Below are positions 52,696-64,000 of a stretch of 64,000 nucleotides of DNA, in pieces. Origin of the DNA: Atractiella rhizophila (Eukaryota). Location of the stretch: positions 1 through 64,000 of the forward strand of contig MU271304.1 of assembly GCA_021432655.1 (NCBI GenBank), in the 5' to 3' direction. The notes under the pieces were generated by a model that saw nothing but the letters and a program-made list of their open reading frames with translations, had not been told where the DNA came from and made no database searches. A program made the position numbers and the translations under genes. The number at the start of each line of letters is the position of its first letter. Position 1 is the first letter of the stretch.

Positions 52696-54992
52696 TCACC
52701 AACGTGGAGCAGGCCAGGCTTCAACTTGTCGATTTCTGGCAACGAAATCCGCGACGTGCTGCATTCTGGCCCTCATCATGGGAGACTCGTTGTCGGAAGG
52801 TGGGGGAGCGGTAGGCTGTTCGCGATGATGACGATGTCTTCTCCGCCGCTGAGTATCTGCAACCGGAGCCACTGCAACGATATGTGTGGTGGAGTCTGTT
52901 CCAACATGATCTGACTGCACTGGGAGTTGTACCCAATGAGCGTGATGTGCGTGATGGTGCACGTGCCCATGTTGAGGCGCAGTCATGTTATTCTCGTTTT
53001 CCACATCCATCCCTTCCTCCTCGACATCCTCATGCTCTTCACCATCCAACGAAATCTCCCCTTTATCTGCTCCTTCCGGAAGCTCGATCGGTCCATTCTC
53101 GTTCTCCAATTTTGATGCCATGGAACACCACATTCGGTGTCCCTTGCTCCAAGCTTTACTCTGACAAGTCTTCGAGCAGTACTTCGCTTTCCGACACCTC
53201 CGACATTTAGCAAACTCGCGAGGAGACGACTCCCACTTCCCACAAGCCATGTTGGCGCACTGCCGAATGCCACCTCGAGCGTCATCCTTCCGACAAGCAT
53301 TACGCATAATCACTCCGGCCCAGCGTTGAATTTCGGGGGGGAATTGAATAACATTGCGGTCCTCCTTGACTGGCCTGAATGTGAACTTCTCCACGATGGC
53401 GAAGATATTCGGGCACACCCAGTTCGCCGGTCTAGCATCGGTGAAGCGGGTTCGGGAACACACGGCGTTGGCAGGAGCCATAGGATCTGGTGGAGTGAGG
53501 GGGCTTGGTCGATGGAAGGTGGCACGGACGTGAGGATACTTTGAAAGGTAAGCTAACAGCTGTAAGCAAAGCAGAATCTCCTCGTCGCGGATGCTGTAAT
53601 CGTCAGAGGTTGAAGGTGACAGCTGTAGAAGCGAGATGGAAGGACTATCTTCGTCCTCCTCCCCTTGCTCTGTCTCCGGAACATTGACTCGATGGACGCT
53701 GGACTCGACGTCGAATACAGGAATAGCGGTAGGTTCAGCATCTTCCATCATGGGGGCACTGAGTGGAAGATTTCGGCCCCGTCGTGGTGACGGATGTTGA
53801 ATGGGCGACTGAGATGGTCGAGGATGAGAAGAAACAGAGCCCTCTGCTGAGCCCATCACAACATCTCCATCCCTATCTACACTGCGCTCTGCCTTCGACC
53901 TGCCGATAGCAGCCGATGGATCTGGAGCTCGTCTGATAATACGATGGAAAAGCTCGTTGCGAACTGAAAGGAGAGTGGACGCATCTGTAGTTGCCGTCCG
54001 ATCAGAGGAGCGGTCCTCCTCGATGGCATCAGCCGGCAACTCTACATCCTCATCCATTGGCTGAGGTTCCTCAGGAGCGGAAGTATCGCCGTCTGAGAAT
54101 GAAATGGTACCTTCTGGAGTCGGAATGCGGTTAACCTCCTCTCTCGAACTATTATCACTCATCGACCCAACAGGGACACGACTGGGTCCAGCAACATCCG
54201 AACTTTGAGAAGGATGCGCTGATAGCTGTGTCGCTCGAGATCTACTCCGATGATGCTTTGAAGAATGACTCTTTGACCCGCTCCCCGCAACGCCGAGCCT
54301 CTCCTTCACCCATCGCTCCTTCGTCTCCTGCAAATACTTCTCCATAATGCAAACGACAAGAGGAAGCACTCCAGCTTCCACTAGTTTCTGGCGAACTTGC
54401 TCCGTACCCCTTATCCCAACATTACAAATACACTGAAATGCAAGTGTCCACGACCAGACCGACATCCGCTTTGCACTGTCAGCTTGCGGAAGCCAAATGT
54501 CCGGTGACAGGGACGGTGGTCGATCGATTGAGAGATCTAGATAACCCGCTCCGCTCGGTGGCCTGGCGCCGAGAGAAGCTGAAGGGCACGAATAGAATGG
54601 TTTGAACGGACCCGGGGGTGGTTTGAACTCCTTGAAGCATCCGTCGACGAGATCCATCAGACGTTCGAGGCCACCATCATGCGTTAGAATCTCGCGAATA
54701 CGGGGAGAGGTAGAAGTGAGGGATTGAAGACGTGTGAGGGAATTAATCAGAGGAACAAGCGAGGTATTATCGAGTGCTGGAAGACAAACGTCAACAAAAC
54801 CGGTCTTGATCACGTGATATCTCTTCAGAGGCAAGATTTGATGGCCAGTAATGTGATATTTGGTCCCACTCTAGAGTCCCATGCACCGATAGATAGTAGA
54901 TGATTCTGCTCACCTCGCCTGTCGTAAAGCTGGCCTGTAATCACCACGGCTGCCCTGCCCGCTGCCGAAGTCGTGAAATTGTCGCCTCTCAT
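52696..54992 (-). CDS. MUB1: MYND zinc-finger protein Mub1/SamB
   Basis: VVITGQLYDRR|ALDNTSLVPLINSL...TSTSPRIREILTHDGGLERL, LQLLAYLSKYPHVR, WAGVIMRNACRKD, CANMACGKWE...FAKCRRCRKAKYCSKTCQSKAW. Confidence 0.93.
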
Positions 54993-56385
54993 TCTGCTCT
55001 CGCGATATCAGCGTCGAGACTAATGAAGCAGTACTCGAATAGGTTTTTCTGAGGGGAAGGAAGGGAGGCCGGGAGGAGATGACGACGAGAGGGGGTGAAG
55101 GGAGCGAAGCGTATGTCGATCTAGATGAGGAGTTGAAGGATGTGGCAAGCATAAAGAGACCTGTGCAGCAATAAATATGCGTGAGAAGGTATTCTCCTGT
55201 GTTCAGGAGCGTTGAAATATCGTTGATGGTGGATGTCTGTCATATTGGGGGAGAGCGTTTGCCACTGATGACTCACCCTGTGTCTGTCTGAATCCGATGA
55301 CGAAGGTGTTCCAGAGTGGATTTTAGGGAGACGATAAGTCGAAAGAATGGGCTAGGCAAGTGCAGAGCACTCGACTCGGTTAGTGTTGGGCGAAGAGGGC
55401 AAGACGGTTTATGTTGCAGTGTTCTGTCCGCAGCCGCAGTTACTGCGCAGCCCAGCGAAATCGGAAGTGGACTCATTCATCTCCACCACAGATCGACCTC
55501 GAAATTGGGCTAACGATTGACCTGACAAATTCTGGTCACCAGCTCATGAGAGAGCTCCATCTCAATCTCTCTCTAATCTTGACAAAGGGCGCTGCCCAAG
55601 GACCAGTTTTACGCAATTTTACGCCTTTCTTCAGTTCCATCCGAATCCAGCAAGGATCCACAATTCGACACATTTTACCAAGACTTCACCTGTCTTGAAA
55701 GCTTGAAATTGAATTTCTTGGAAGCCTGAACATTCTTGAACGCTGTGCCTATGAATGTGTGCGAGTTTCCTTCCTAAGTGCCCCTGCACTTGCAATTGGC
55801 ATGGCATGATGAAGCGTGCCAGAAGAGTGCGCAATAGTGGCGCAGTAATGCTTCAGGAATTGAGTTGAATGTCGCAGGCTCCACCACGTCGTTGCTTTCT
55901 CGAGAAGTTGCTCAGTTCAGTTGCGTGGGAGATGGAGAATCGGGAAGCATCTGCAGCGACCAATATTGTGTAAGATTCTCTTCGAGAAGCTGCCAGGGAA
56001 GGCTTCGGACAAGCTAGAAGAGAATATCACGCGATTCTTCTCCCGTATGGAAAAGCAATGGAAGGAATGAGTAGTTGAGTGTTGTTATTCTGGGCTTTCT
56101 GGATGCTGCCCAATGAGCTCTCCGATCCTGTTCCGTGCTCTCGGTAGTTCCCCTCCTTCAAAAGGGCATTCAATTCGTTAGTTAACACTGCACCAGATTG
56201 GCAGTAGACTGGCTATGCTTGACTACAACCTTGCCTAACCCTGATGATCTGATCTCCATTACGTCCGCTGAGAACTCTTTCGGAGCATCGAAGGAAGGTG
56301 TTGCGAGGTGTGGCTGTTATCCCCAACTTTTCAAGTCGAGAAGAACAGGCATCAGATTGTTGGCAACGTTCGCTCCACATGAGAA

Positions 56386-57137
56386 TTAGGAAAGGGCATC
56401 TCTTTGCAACAGCCTCTCCTTTACCTCTCCTCGTATGCTGCTCCAATACAGTTCCTCTCGTCTTCCTACGATTAAATCAGCCTTCACCATCGCTTCTTCA
56501 TCAAAGTCTTCATTCAGCGGTAGCCAATCATCCCCTTCCAGTTGATGAACGACGCGATGCTTTCCCAGCCAGTCCACCAGTCGCCGTGCTTGCTCAGTCG
56601 TCTCGAGGCGGATATGACACTTTCCGCGTCGACCGTGAGTAAACATTGGACTCTCGTATCTTAAGAAAAACATGGGATGCTGACGCGATCGAGACCTTTG
56701 GTCAAATCGACATATTCCACCTTCACACCATCGACAGACCTCTCAATCAACTTTTTCATCTTCTCTCGGTTTGTGGACGTAGAGAGGTGGGATAGATGAA
56801 CGATCACTCCCTCGGGGAAACCACGTCGTCTTCTTCGTTGCAGCCCAAGTCGAGACTGATGCTGCACATCGGGTGATCCCCCATAATACCCTCGTTCGTC
56901 AGGTTCTTCCTGTATGTGCTCCTCCGCCTCAGCAGCATTGCTGAAATCTACCACATCCGACTCTGTCTTCTGGACATCCACAGCTGGTGTGGTTTCGTCT
57001 TGAGACTTTGGCCGTCGCGTTGCACTCTGTGCGTCAATTTTCAAGTTGCCTGCCGCAGGCTGAGTGGAGATGGTTTCTTTGGCTGCTGAGTTCGAGATGG
57101 AAGCCTTCTTTATCGCAATGGCTCGTGGAAGGAACAT
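56386..57137 (-). CDS. Short LARP7/Pof8-like protein with C-terminal xRRM (228 aa; intron 56620-56684)
   Basis: N-terminal MFLPRA. C-terminal FPEGVIVHLSHLSTSTNREKMKKLI...VEYVDLTKGLDR|CHIRLETTEQARRLV...ADLIVGRREELYW fits the xRRM pattern (YVD strand, IR strand, G..E..YW helix). Confidence 0.75.
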
Positions 57138-57554
57138 GGCAGTCTGAGCCGCTGGTTGTTCGTTGACTTCCAATACTGTGATACTCACAGATGTTGGCTT
57201 ACTGGCTGGCGACAGGTCTTCATACTCTAGCAACTTTGCCTTTCAAGTTGGCCCCCCAATAGGGATCATTAGAAAGTCTTCCTATTGATGATTGCTTTTG
57301 TAGTAATACAGAGAAAGAAGACGCAGAAAAGGAGTAAAGAAAGATTTATACGGATCCCAATATTGAATCTTCAAAGAACTGAGGTAAGAACCAAAATCCA
57401 AAGAAAAGAGTGACCTCCAAAGTATGAACACAAAACGCTTGCACTAACTCTCCAAGGTAAGATATTGATGGAAAGTAAGGAGGGGAAGGGGTAATCGAAA
57501 TTTCGTCTTCTTACATCCCTACGTGACAATAACAGCAATGAAAGTCCTTCAAAT

Positions 57555-59335
57555 TTAATGCCCACTCCCGCTTCCACTGGCTACGGCGCTCCCATCACGG
57601 TTATGTGAGCCGCTCCCGCTCGCAACAGCATTTCCATCTTCCGGAGGGACCGGAGTCGGCTGTCTCGTATCCCTATACACTGGTGGTAACTCCTCCACCT
57701 CCCCCTCCTCTCCAACCCTTCCTGCATCCTGTGCATGAACGACTCTCCTGCTATTGTTAGGGAAGTTGAGCTCCGCAGTGAGAGCAGCCTTCGTTGCGCT
57801 TCCTCTCCGCGGATCTGTTGGTCCTCCATCCGCTCCTCCGTCAGGATTGGTGACGAAGAACCGGCCAGCGGACGTTCGTCGTCCTGCGGCGGGAAGTGGG
57901 TATTGGTTTGGACCAACAGGAGATGGGATAGGAGGATACCCGTGAGTGGATTGGTAGCCTTCTGATAGGCCTCCAGCCGAGGAAGGACGGCCGTTTGAGT
58001 GGTGTTCGGTAGAGGCATATGCTGATGGTGCGTAGGAGTTGGAGTACGAGGGAACATGAGAGTGACCGTATCCATATGGTTCCCCATTTTGTGGATCCAG
58101 GTGCTCACCAGAGTGCCTAAGCTTACATGTTAGAAGGTAAAAGAGACTTTAACAGGCCGACTAACCCTGCTGGACTGTGGTTGTAATAGCTGCCCTTCTT
58201 CTCACTTAAGGACGCAAGAGACTGCCGGTTCTTTCTTCGGCGCAAGAACCACCAGACACCAGCAGCAAGAACGACCACAGCGGCCCCAGCTGCTACACCA
58301 CCTGCTATTGCTCCTACGCTAGATGAGCCTTTGCTGTCGCTCCCACTGTCCCACTCGATTAGTCGTTATGTGGAAGTGGAGGAAAACGCACCTCCCACCG
58401 CCAATGCCACTACCGTTACCAGAACCGCTACCGCCCGTTGGACTGCTGCCGCTGGAGGAGGTAGTCTGAGAACCACCAGAGAGACATGCGGCATTGCCGG
58501 TCCCTGAAGTGAAGAGGTCCGAAGTGGGGAGGTAAACATTGTTGTTGTTGGAAATGGCGACTGTGAGTGAAAACGCGGCCGTCAGGAACGCATTCAGGAC
58601 ATGAACAGATAATCAGAGCAATGGAAAAGGAACACCGACTGATAGCCTGTCCGCCCGTCTGGATTGTATTCTTCCAAGCATAGCTGGTTCCAGTTACACC
58701 TGTGATGTTTACCGGGGCAGCTCCAGTTCGAACAATGGTAATAGTATACGGTCCGCTGACCTGGGTATTCGTCCAAGAGATGGAAAGATCTTCGCATTGC
58801 GGCGGGTTTGGTTCAGTGGGCACTGTGACAGTCTCCGTGGAAGTAGGACTGGGATTTGTTTGCAGGCAACTCTGATTCGCGGAGGAGGTGACAGAGTAGA
58901 TTGCAGTAGATATGCCTCCAGAGATCCCGTTGGAGTCCGCCATCGCAAGGAGCACCTGAGTCCCTGCACGGCGCAAACAGTCACCTTCGCAGTCCCGTTT
59001 CCAACAGTGTGATGAAACGCACCAGCAGCATAATTAGCCGTCCAATGGAACGTTGTTCCAGCTTGCCCAACTGTAACCACTTCAGGGACACCTCCAATGG
59101 GGTAAATAAGCAGGTAATAAGGCGCCCGAGGAGCAGGATTTGGATTATCGACGGGGTAGATGTCGATGGAAACGTCTCCGCAGGAAGGGAAGCTCCTGCT
59201 CGTATCTGCTGCGCCAGCAGCCCAATTGAAGGATATGGGTACATTCGTAATTTGTTCAGCAAAAACTGTCCCCATAAAGGAAAGGAGAGCCGCGAGACTC
59301 ATCGCTGTTGGCATCAATGCCGAGCTCGTTAACAT
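57555..59335 (-). CDS. Type I membrane protein: signal peptide, Ser/Thr-rich ectodomain, single TM, cytosolic tail with PPxY; multi-exon
   Basis: Hydrophobic N-terminus, TM VGAIAGGVAAGAVVVLAAGVWWFL followed by RRRK, and tail ...HAQDAG...EELPPVY. Confidence 0.7.
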
Positions 59336-59526
59336 TGCCCTGACAGTCTGTTAACGTCACCTCCAGCCAGAAAGTTGGGCAGCCGCACGATGATCACTCT
59401 GTGGAGTTCCTCGACTCGCTCTGGCCAGTTTTCGTCGCCCAAGGGCTTCACAGCTTGGTGATAGTCAAAAAAGTTGGTCGTTCGAGTTCGTGAAGTGACG
59501 CAGCAGGAACCATAGCCCGTGGCCGC

Positions 59527-62404
59527 CGACTTGGCGGGTTTCGGATTTCACCGCTTATGCTGACTTCTTGTCCTGTTCGAGTACATTTGCATGTACATCT
59601 GCGCTTTGTCTGGGTACAGTAATAGCATCAACTTCGTCGTGGCTTAGAACTGATGCGAAGAGGTGCGTGGTTCGGTTGTGCAGAAGGTGTCCTTTATGAT
59701 ATTATCTGCTTGACCTTGGCAGTTTGACCCATCAAACGCGTCATAATCCACGCGATAAACTCTACAAAGCTGTAACAGTGTCTTGTTCGATTCATGAATC
59801 TTTGAGTTCAATACATCGTTCACGTCATGAGGAACGCCTCTTGCTTACTTCATGACACTTTCGGCGCACTTGTTAGGAGCCGTTGAATATTTGCAAGTTG
59901 GTCATGAAATCGCCAATTTCTTGACCAGGCGGTTCGGGCTACGCGCTAGAATCTGAAGCAAGGACGCTTCTGCTGAGCAGCTGTCAGATTCTTTGTGAAG
60001 GATTTCTCTGAGTGAAACTAATGGTGTACTTTATGTTGCACTCGAGTATAAGTTTGTGAGGTTGACCATTTACCTGCTATCTCGTCCAATCATATATGAC
60101 ATCCGCCGATACTATTACGCAGACTAACGTTTTTGTGAACTCTCAGAATGGCAGAAACGATGTCGCACCGCGTGCTCTCGTCCTACTTCCCATCCCCAGG
60201 ACGAGTTTTCACGCTGCTTGAATGGCTCAGTCCCAATGACCCGACCAGAATCCTCCACATTGACGATCCAGAAGGCTTCCGCCGTTTTCTGAATGATTCT
60301 TTGGTTGGGGTTGACTTCGATGCGACGACCTGGAAAGGCCCTATTCTGGATACCACGGCACATGGAGAGTCATCTATTGAGGTGGGAAGATCTATAAAGT
60401 TGTGACCCCCATTAATCCATGTTCAAGTTGATTCGCAAAGCTCAACTGAGGTTGTTGAGCGTTGGCGCAACCAAGTCCAGAACAGCAGCTCCGTCCGGTT
60501 CTAAATCTTTCCCGCATCCAAAAAACATCTTGATACTCGGTTGTTCTAATGTAAGTCTTCCTCTTATGAAGGGATGTGACAATTTTCAACGAGTAACAGG
60601 AATCAGGAGGGGTGGCAATCAAATTTCCGAATACCACTGTGGCATTCTTGGAACAGAATAAAGACATTGCAAAATTAATCGAGAGGTCAATTCTCGACCT
60701 TGGGATGACAATGAGCTGACTATACAAATAGAGCTGGACCTCATGCTTTCACTCAGTTGCTGACAAGAACATCCTTCTTCCTCTCCTTACCGAACAATTG
60801 CTACGTTCAAGTCGCCGGTCCTGCTCTTTCCGAGCTTCCCCTTCCCGTAGACAAAAAATTGTCACGCATAAGCGCGGCCGATACGCCAAAGGAGGTTTCA
60901 ACCCGTGGACCACAACCGCTAGAGCACACGCAGTCATTGCCGGGACGGTTAATAACGCTGGACCAACCTACATTAAAACGGACAAGATCACTGGGCGTCG
61001 AGACTGAGAGCGAAAATATAAAGAAACGAAGGGTTGAAGACGGCTCTTCTCCTTTTCTGTGAGGACTTTTACGTTAGTTTTGATTTTACTGAGGTTCCGC
61101 AGGATAACCGCAAACTCGATTCATTTTGCCAGAAATCGTATTTTTCATTCTCGTCCTGTGAGACTCTTGACGGGAGGAATAAACTCTGGAGTATCTCCGA
61201 ACAGTGAGGCACGACCTTTGACTTTTTGCACGAACAATTAACGAATTTGGCAGATATCCTCAATCGCGTCAAGTTGCTATTTGGTCCTTCCGATGAGAGG
61301 GCTCGTCACTTATCCAAATACATGTTCCCGCGAGCGTATGGCCTACGAAGCTGTTTTGATACCAAAGATGAGCTCAAGGGTTTGTCGGGGATTAAATTCG
61401 ACGAGCGAGAAAAGGAGATTAAGGTAAGTAGGAGCATGTCGTTTAACAGCTGATTGTGAGGCGACATGACAGGCTTTGGGAGCGTTGAAAACTCCAAAAA
61501 AGATCAAGTCTGTGATCCGTCTGATCGAGGAGGTAATACGAAATCACTCACGAGTCGATTATCGCCGCCTGCTGGACCAACATTGTCCCCGACGGTTGGG
61601 TCGAGGAGCAAGAAATTGTACAGAGAATGAAAAAACAAAGGTATGCTTATATCATCCCAAGACAGGTATTTGATACCTCAGAAGGATTCTTTATTGGAAG
61701 CTGAGCCTCACACGCAAATATCAAAGAATGAGGTTAGCTTGGAGGTGTCGCATCCTTCACTGGTTGTGCCTCATGGTGCAAGAGAGGCGAAGGAAGCAGT
61801 TCGACTACAGCCGAAGTTTTCTGAATATACAATAGCTGCTTACGAGGTATGTGCCAAGTCGTTCCCAACCGTATCTCTGACACTCTGACCTGAAGGTTGA
61901 ATCTTACGTGAAAGCCATAGCCCTGGCCATCTTTCCCGCTGATCTCTGGGGCTCGGACACTAATTGGGATATTATGTGGTTCAGTTCATATTTTACTCTC
62001 ACCATGGAGTTCACACTCACAACCATTAGACATCAGCCTTTTTATTCGCGCCCGACGATATGAAACGTTCACGTTGCACACCTTTATGCAAAAACTTCGG
62101 CCTAACGACTGCCCCTGGATGGGGTCGAACACGAATGCCAAGATCACACCCCAAGAAGCAAAAATGCGGATGGAGCTTTTTCAGGATCTTGTCTATTGGT
62201 TTATTGATAATTTCTTAGTGGACGTTTTGAAAGTGAGCCATTTCATGTGTCGACGCGGCGACGGTGGGCTCAAATGCGCCATAGACAACATTCTACATTA
62301 CGGAGTCCTCTGCCTATCGAAACCGTGCCTTATACTTTAGACAAGACGATTGGCACGATATTTGCCAGCCTTTGCTGGGGAAAATGTCGCAGACTCTCTT
62401 CCAA
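59527..62404 (+). repeat. Tandem segmental duplication, unit 1 (TERT promoter region plus 5' part of TERT)
   Basis: Sequence from 59527 (cgacttggcgggtttcggatttcacc...) recurs at 62405 and stays collinear to the window end with scattered substitutions and two small indels. Confidence 0.95.
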
Positions 62405-62500
62405 CGACTTGGCGGGTTTCGGATTTCACCGCTTATGCTGACTTCTTGTCCTGTTCGAGTACATTTGCATGTACATCTGCGCTTTGTCTGGGTACAGTAG
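60148..62500 (+). CDS. TERT: Telomerase reverse transcriptase, 3'-truncated copy (TEN + linker + TRBD, no RT domain; ~625 aa, 11 exons)
   Basis: TEN/GQ motif KFPNT...LLTRTSFFLSLPNNCYVQVAGPAL, KYMFPRAYGL, CP motif DYRRLLDQHCP, QFP region IFPADLWGS...FIRARRYE, T motif YWFIDNFLVDVLK|TTFYITESSAYRNRALYFRQDDW. The frame crosses the duplication junction and stops at TAG 62498-62500. Confidence 0.9.
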
Positions 62501-64000
62501 TAGCAATCAACTTCGTCGTGGCTTAGAACTGATGCGAAGAGGTGCGTGGTTCGGTTGTGCAGAAGGTGTCCTTTATGATATTATCTGCTTGACCTTGGCA
62601 GTTTGACCCATCAAACGCGTCATAATCCACGCGATAAACTCTACAAAGCTGTAACAGTGTCTTGTTCGATTCATGAATCTTTGAGTTCAATACATCGTTC
62701 ACGTCATGAGGAACGCCTCTTGCTTACTTCATGACACTTTCGGCGCACTTGTTAGGAGCCGTTGAATATTTGCAAGTTGGTCATGAAATCGCCAATTTCT
62801 TGACCAGGCGGTTCGGGCTACGCGCTAGAATCTGAAGCAAGGACGCTTCTGCTGAGCAGCTGTCAGATTCTTTGTGAAGGATTTCTCTGAGTGAAACTAA
62901 TGGTGTACTTTATGTTGCACTCGAGTGTAAGTTTGTGAGGTTGACCATTTACCTGCTATCTCGTCCAATCATATGTGACATCCGTCGATACTAGCAGACT
63001 AACGTTTTTGTGAACTCTCAGGATGGCAGAAACGATGTCGCACCGCGTGCTCTCGTCCTACTTCCCATCCCCAGGACGAGTTTTCACGCTGCTTGAATGG
63101 CTCAGTCCCAATGACCCGACCAGAATCCTCCACATTGACGATCCAGAAGGCTTCCGCCGTTTTCTGAATGATTCTTTGGTTGGGGTTGACTTCGATGCGA
63201 CGACCTGGAAAGGCCCTATTCTGGATACCACGGCACATGGAGAGTCATCTATTGAGGTGGGAAGAGCTATAAAGTTGTGACCCCCATTAATCCATGTTCA
63301 AGTTGATTCGCAAATCTCAACTGAGGTTGTTGAGCGTTGGCGCAACCAAGTCCAGAACAGCAGCTCCGTCCGGTTCTAAATCTTCCCCGCATCCAAAAAA
63401 CATCTTGATACTCGGTTGTTCTAACGTAAGTCTTCCTCTTATGAAGGGATGTGACAATTTTTAACGAGTACCAGGAATCAGGAGGGGTGGCAATCAAATT
63501 TCCGAATACCACTGTGGCATTCTTGGAACAGAATAAAGACATTGCAAAATTAATCGAGAGGTCAATTCTCGACCTTGGGATGACAATGAGCTGACTATAC
63601 AAATAGAGCTGGACCTCATGCTTTCACTCAGTTGCTGACAAGAACATCCTTCTTCCTCTCCTTACCGAACAATTGCTACGTTCAAGTCGCCGGTCCTGCT
63701 CTTTCCGAGCTTCCCCTTCCCGTAGACAAAAAATTGTCACGCATAAGCGCGGCCGATACGCCAAAGGACGGTTCAGCCCGTGGACCACAACCGCTAGAGC
63801 ACACGCAGTCATTGCCGGGACGGTTAATAACGCTGGACCAACCTATATTAAAACGGACAAGGTCATTGGGCGTCGAGACTGAGAGCGAAAACATAAAGAA
63901 ACGAAGGGTTGAAGACGACTCTTCTCCTTCTCTGTGAGGACTTTTACATTAGTTTTGATTTTACTGAGGTTCCGCAGGATAACCGCAAACTCGATTCATT
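62405..64000 (+). repeat. Tandem segmental duplication, unit 2 (runs off the window)
   Basis: Near-identical to 59527-61125. Confidence 0.95.
63023..64000 (+). CDS. TERT: Telomerase reverse transcriptase, second copy (5' part; continues beyond the window)
   Basis: Same TEN-domain exons as copy 1, with intact splice sites and open frame. Confidence 0.88.

Noticed and set aside
54778..54913. Longer first MUB1 intron as a snoRNA host
   Set aside because: No box C and no clear H/ACA two-hairpin layout.
56234..56242. CCTAACCCT next to the xRRM gene as a telomerase RNA template
   Set aside because: A 9-nt match to some permutation of the repeat is expected a few times by chance in 64 kb on two strands. 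It is antisense to the xRRM 3' end, and I saw no supporting structure.
59527..64000. Repeat unit as LTRs or a retroelement
   Set aside because: The unit holds spliceosomal-intron-containing TERT exons, with no TG..CA ends, PBS, gag or integrase.

Overview
Gene-dense, intron-rich fungal (basidiomycete-like) genomic DNA with short GT-AG introns and many microexons. About 27 protein-coding loci can be reconstructed by eye: a peroxisomal thioesterase, TAN1, two Zn2Cys6 factors, TAM41, a divergent RPS13/RPS6 pair, DUF92, a membrane-anchored cupin, SPC2, a WDR44-like protein, NDUFS5, a YIP1-family protein, IDP1, BUB1 (MadBub), URG1, a DHHC palmitoyltransferase, SDH7, cyclin B, an arrestin-like protein, OLA1, MUB1 and others. 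The most notable part is the right end, a telomerase locus. TERT sits in a ~2.88 kb, ~98-99% identical tandem duplication that leaves an upstream open copy encoding TEN+TRBD but no reverse-transcriptase domain. About 3 kb away is a short Pof8/LARP7-like xRRM gene. Also found: an intronic box C/D snoRNA (snR69-like) in OLA1, telomere-repeat-like boxes upstream of two mitotic genes, and two structured non-coding segments. Gene models, alignments and base-pairings were worked out by hand. Family assignments rest on recalled motifs, not database searches. Multi-exon CDS coordinates are start-to-stop spans.
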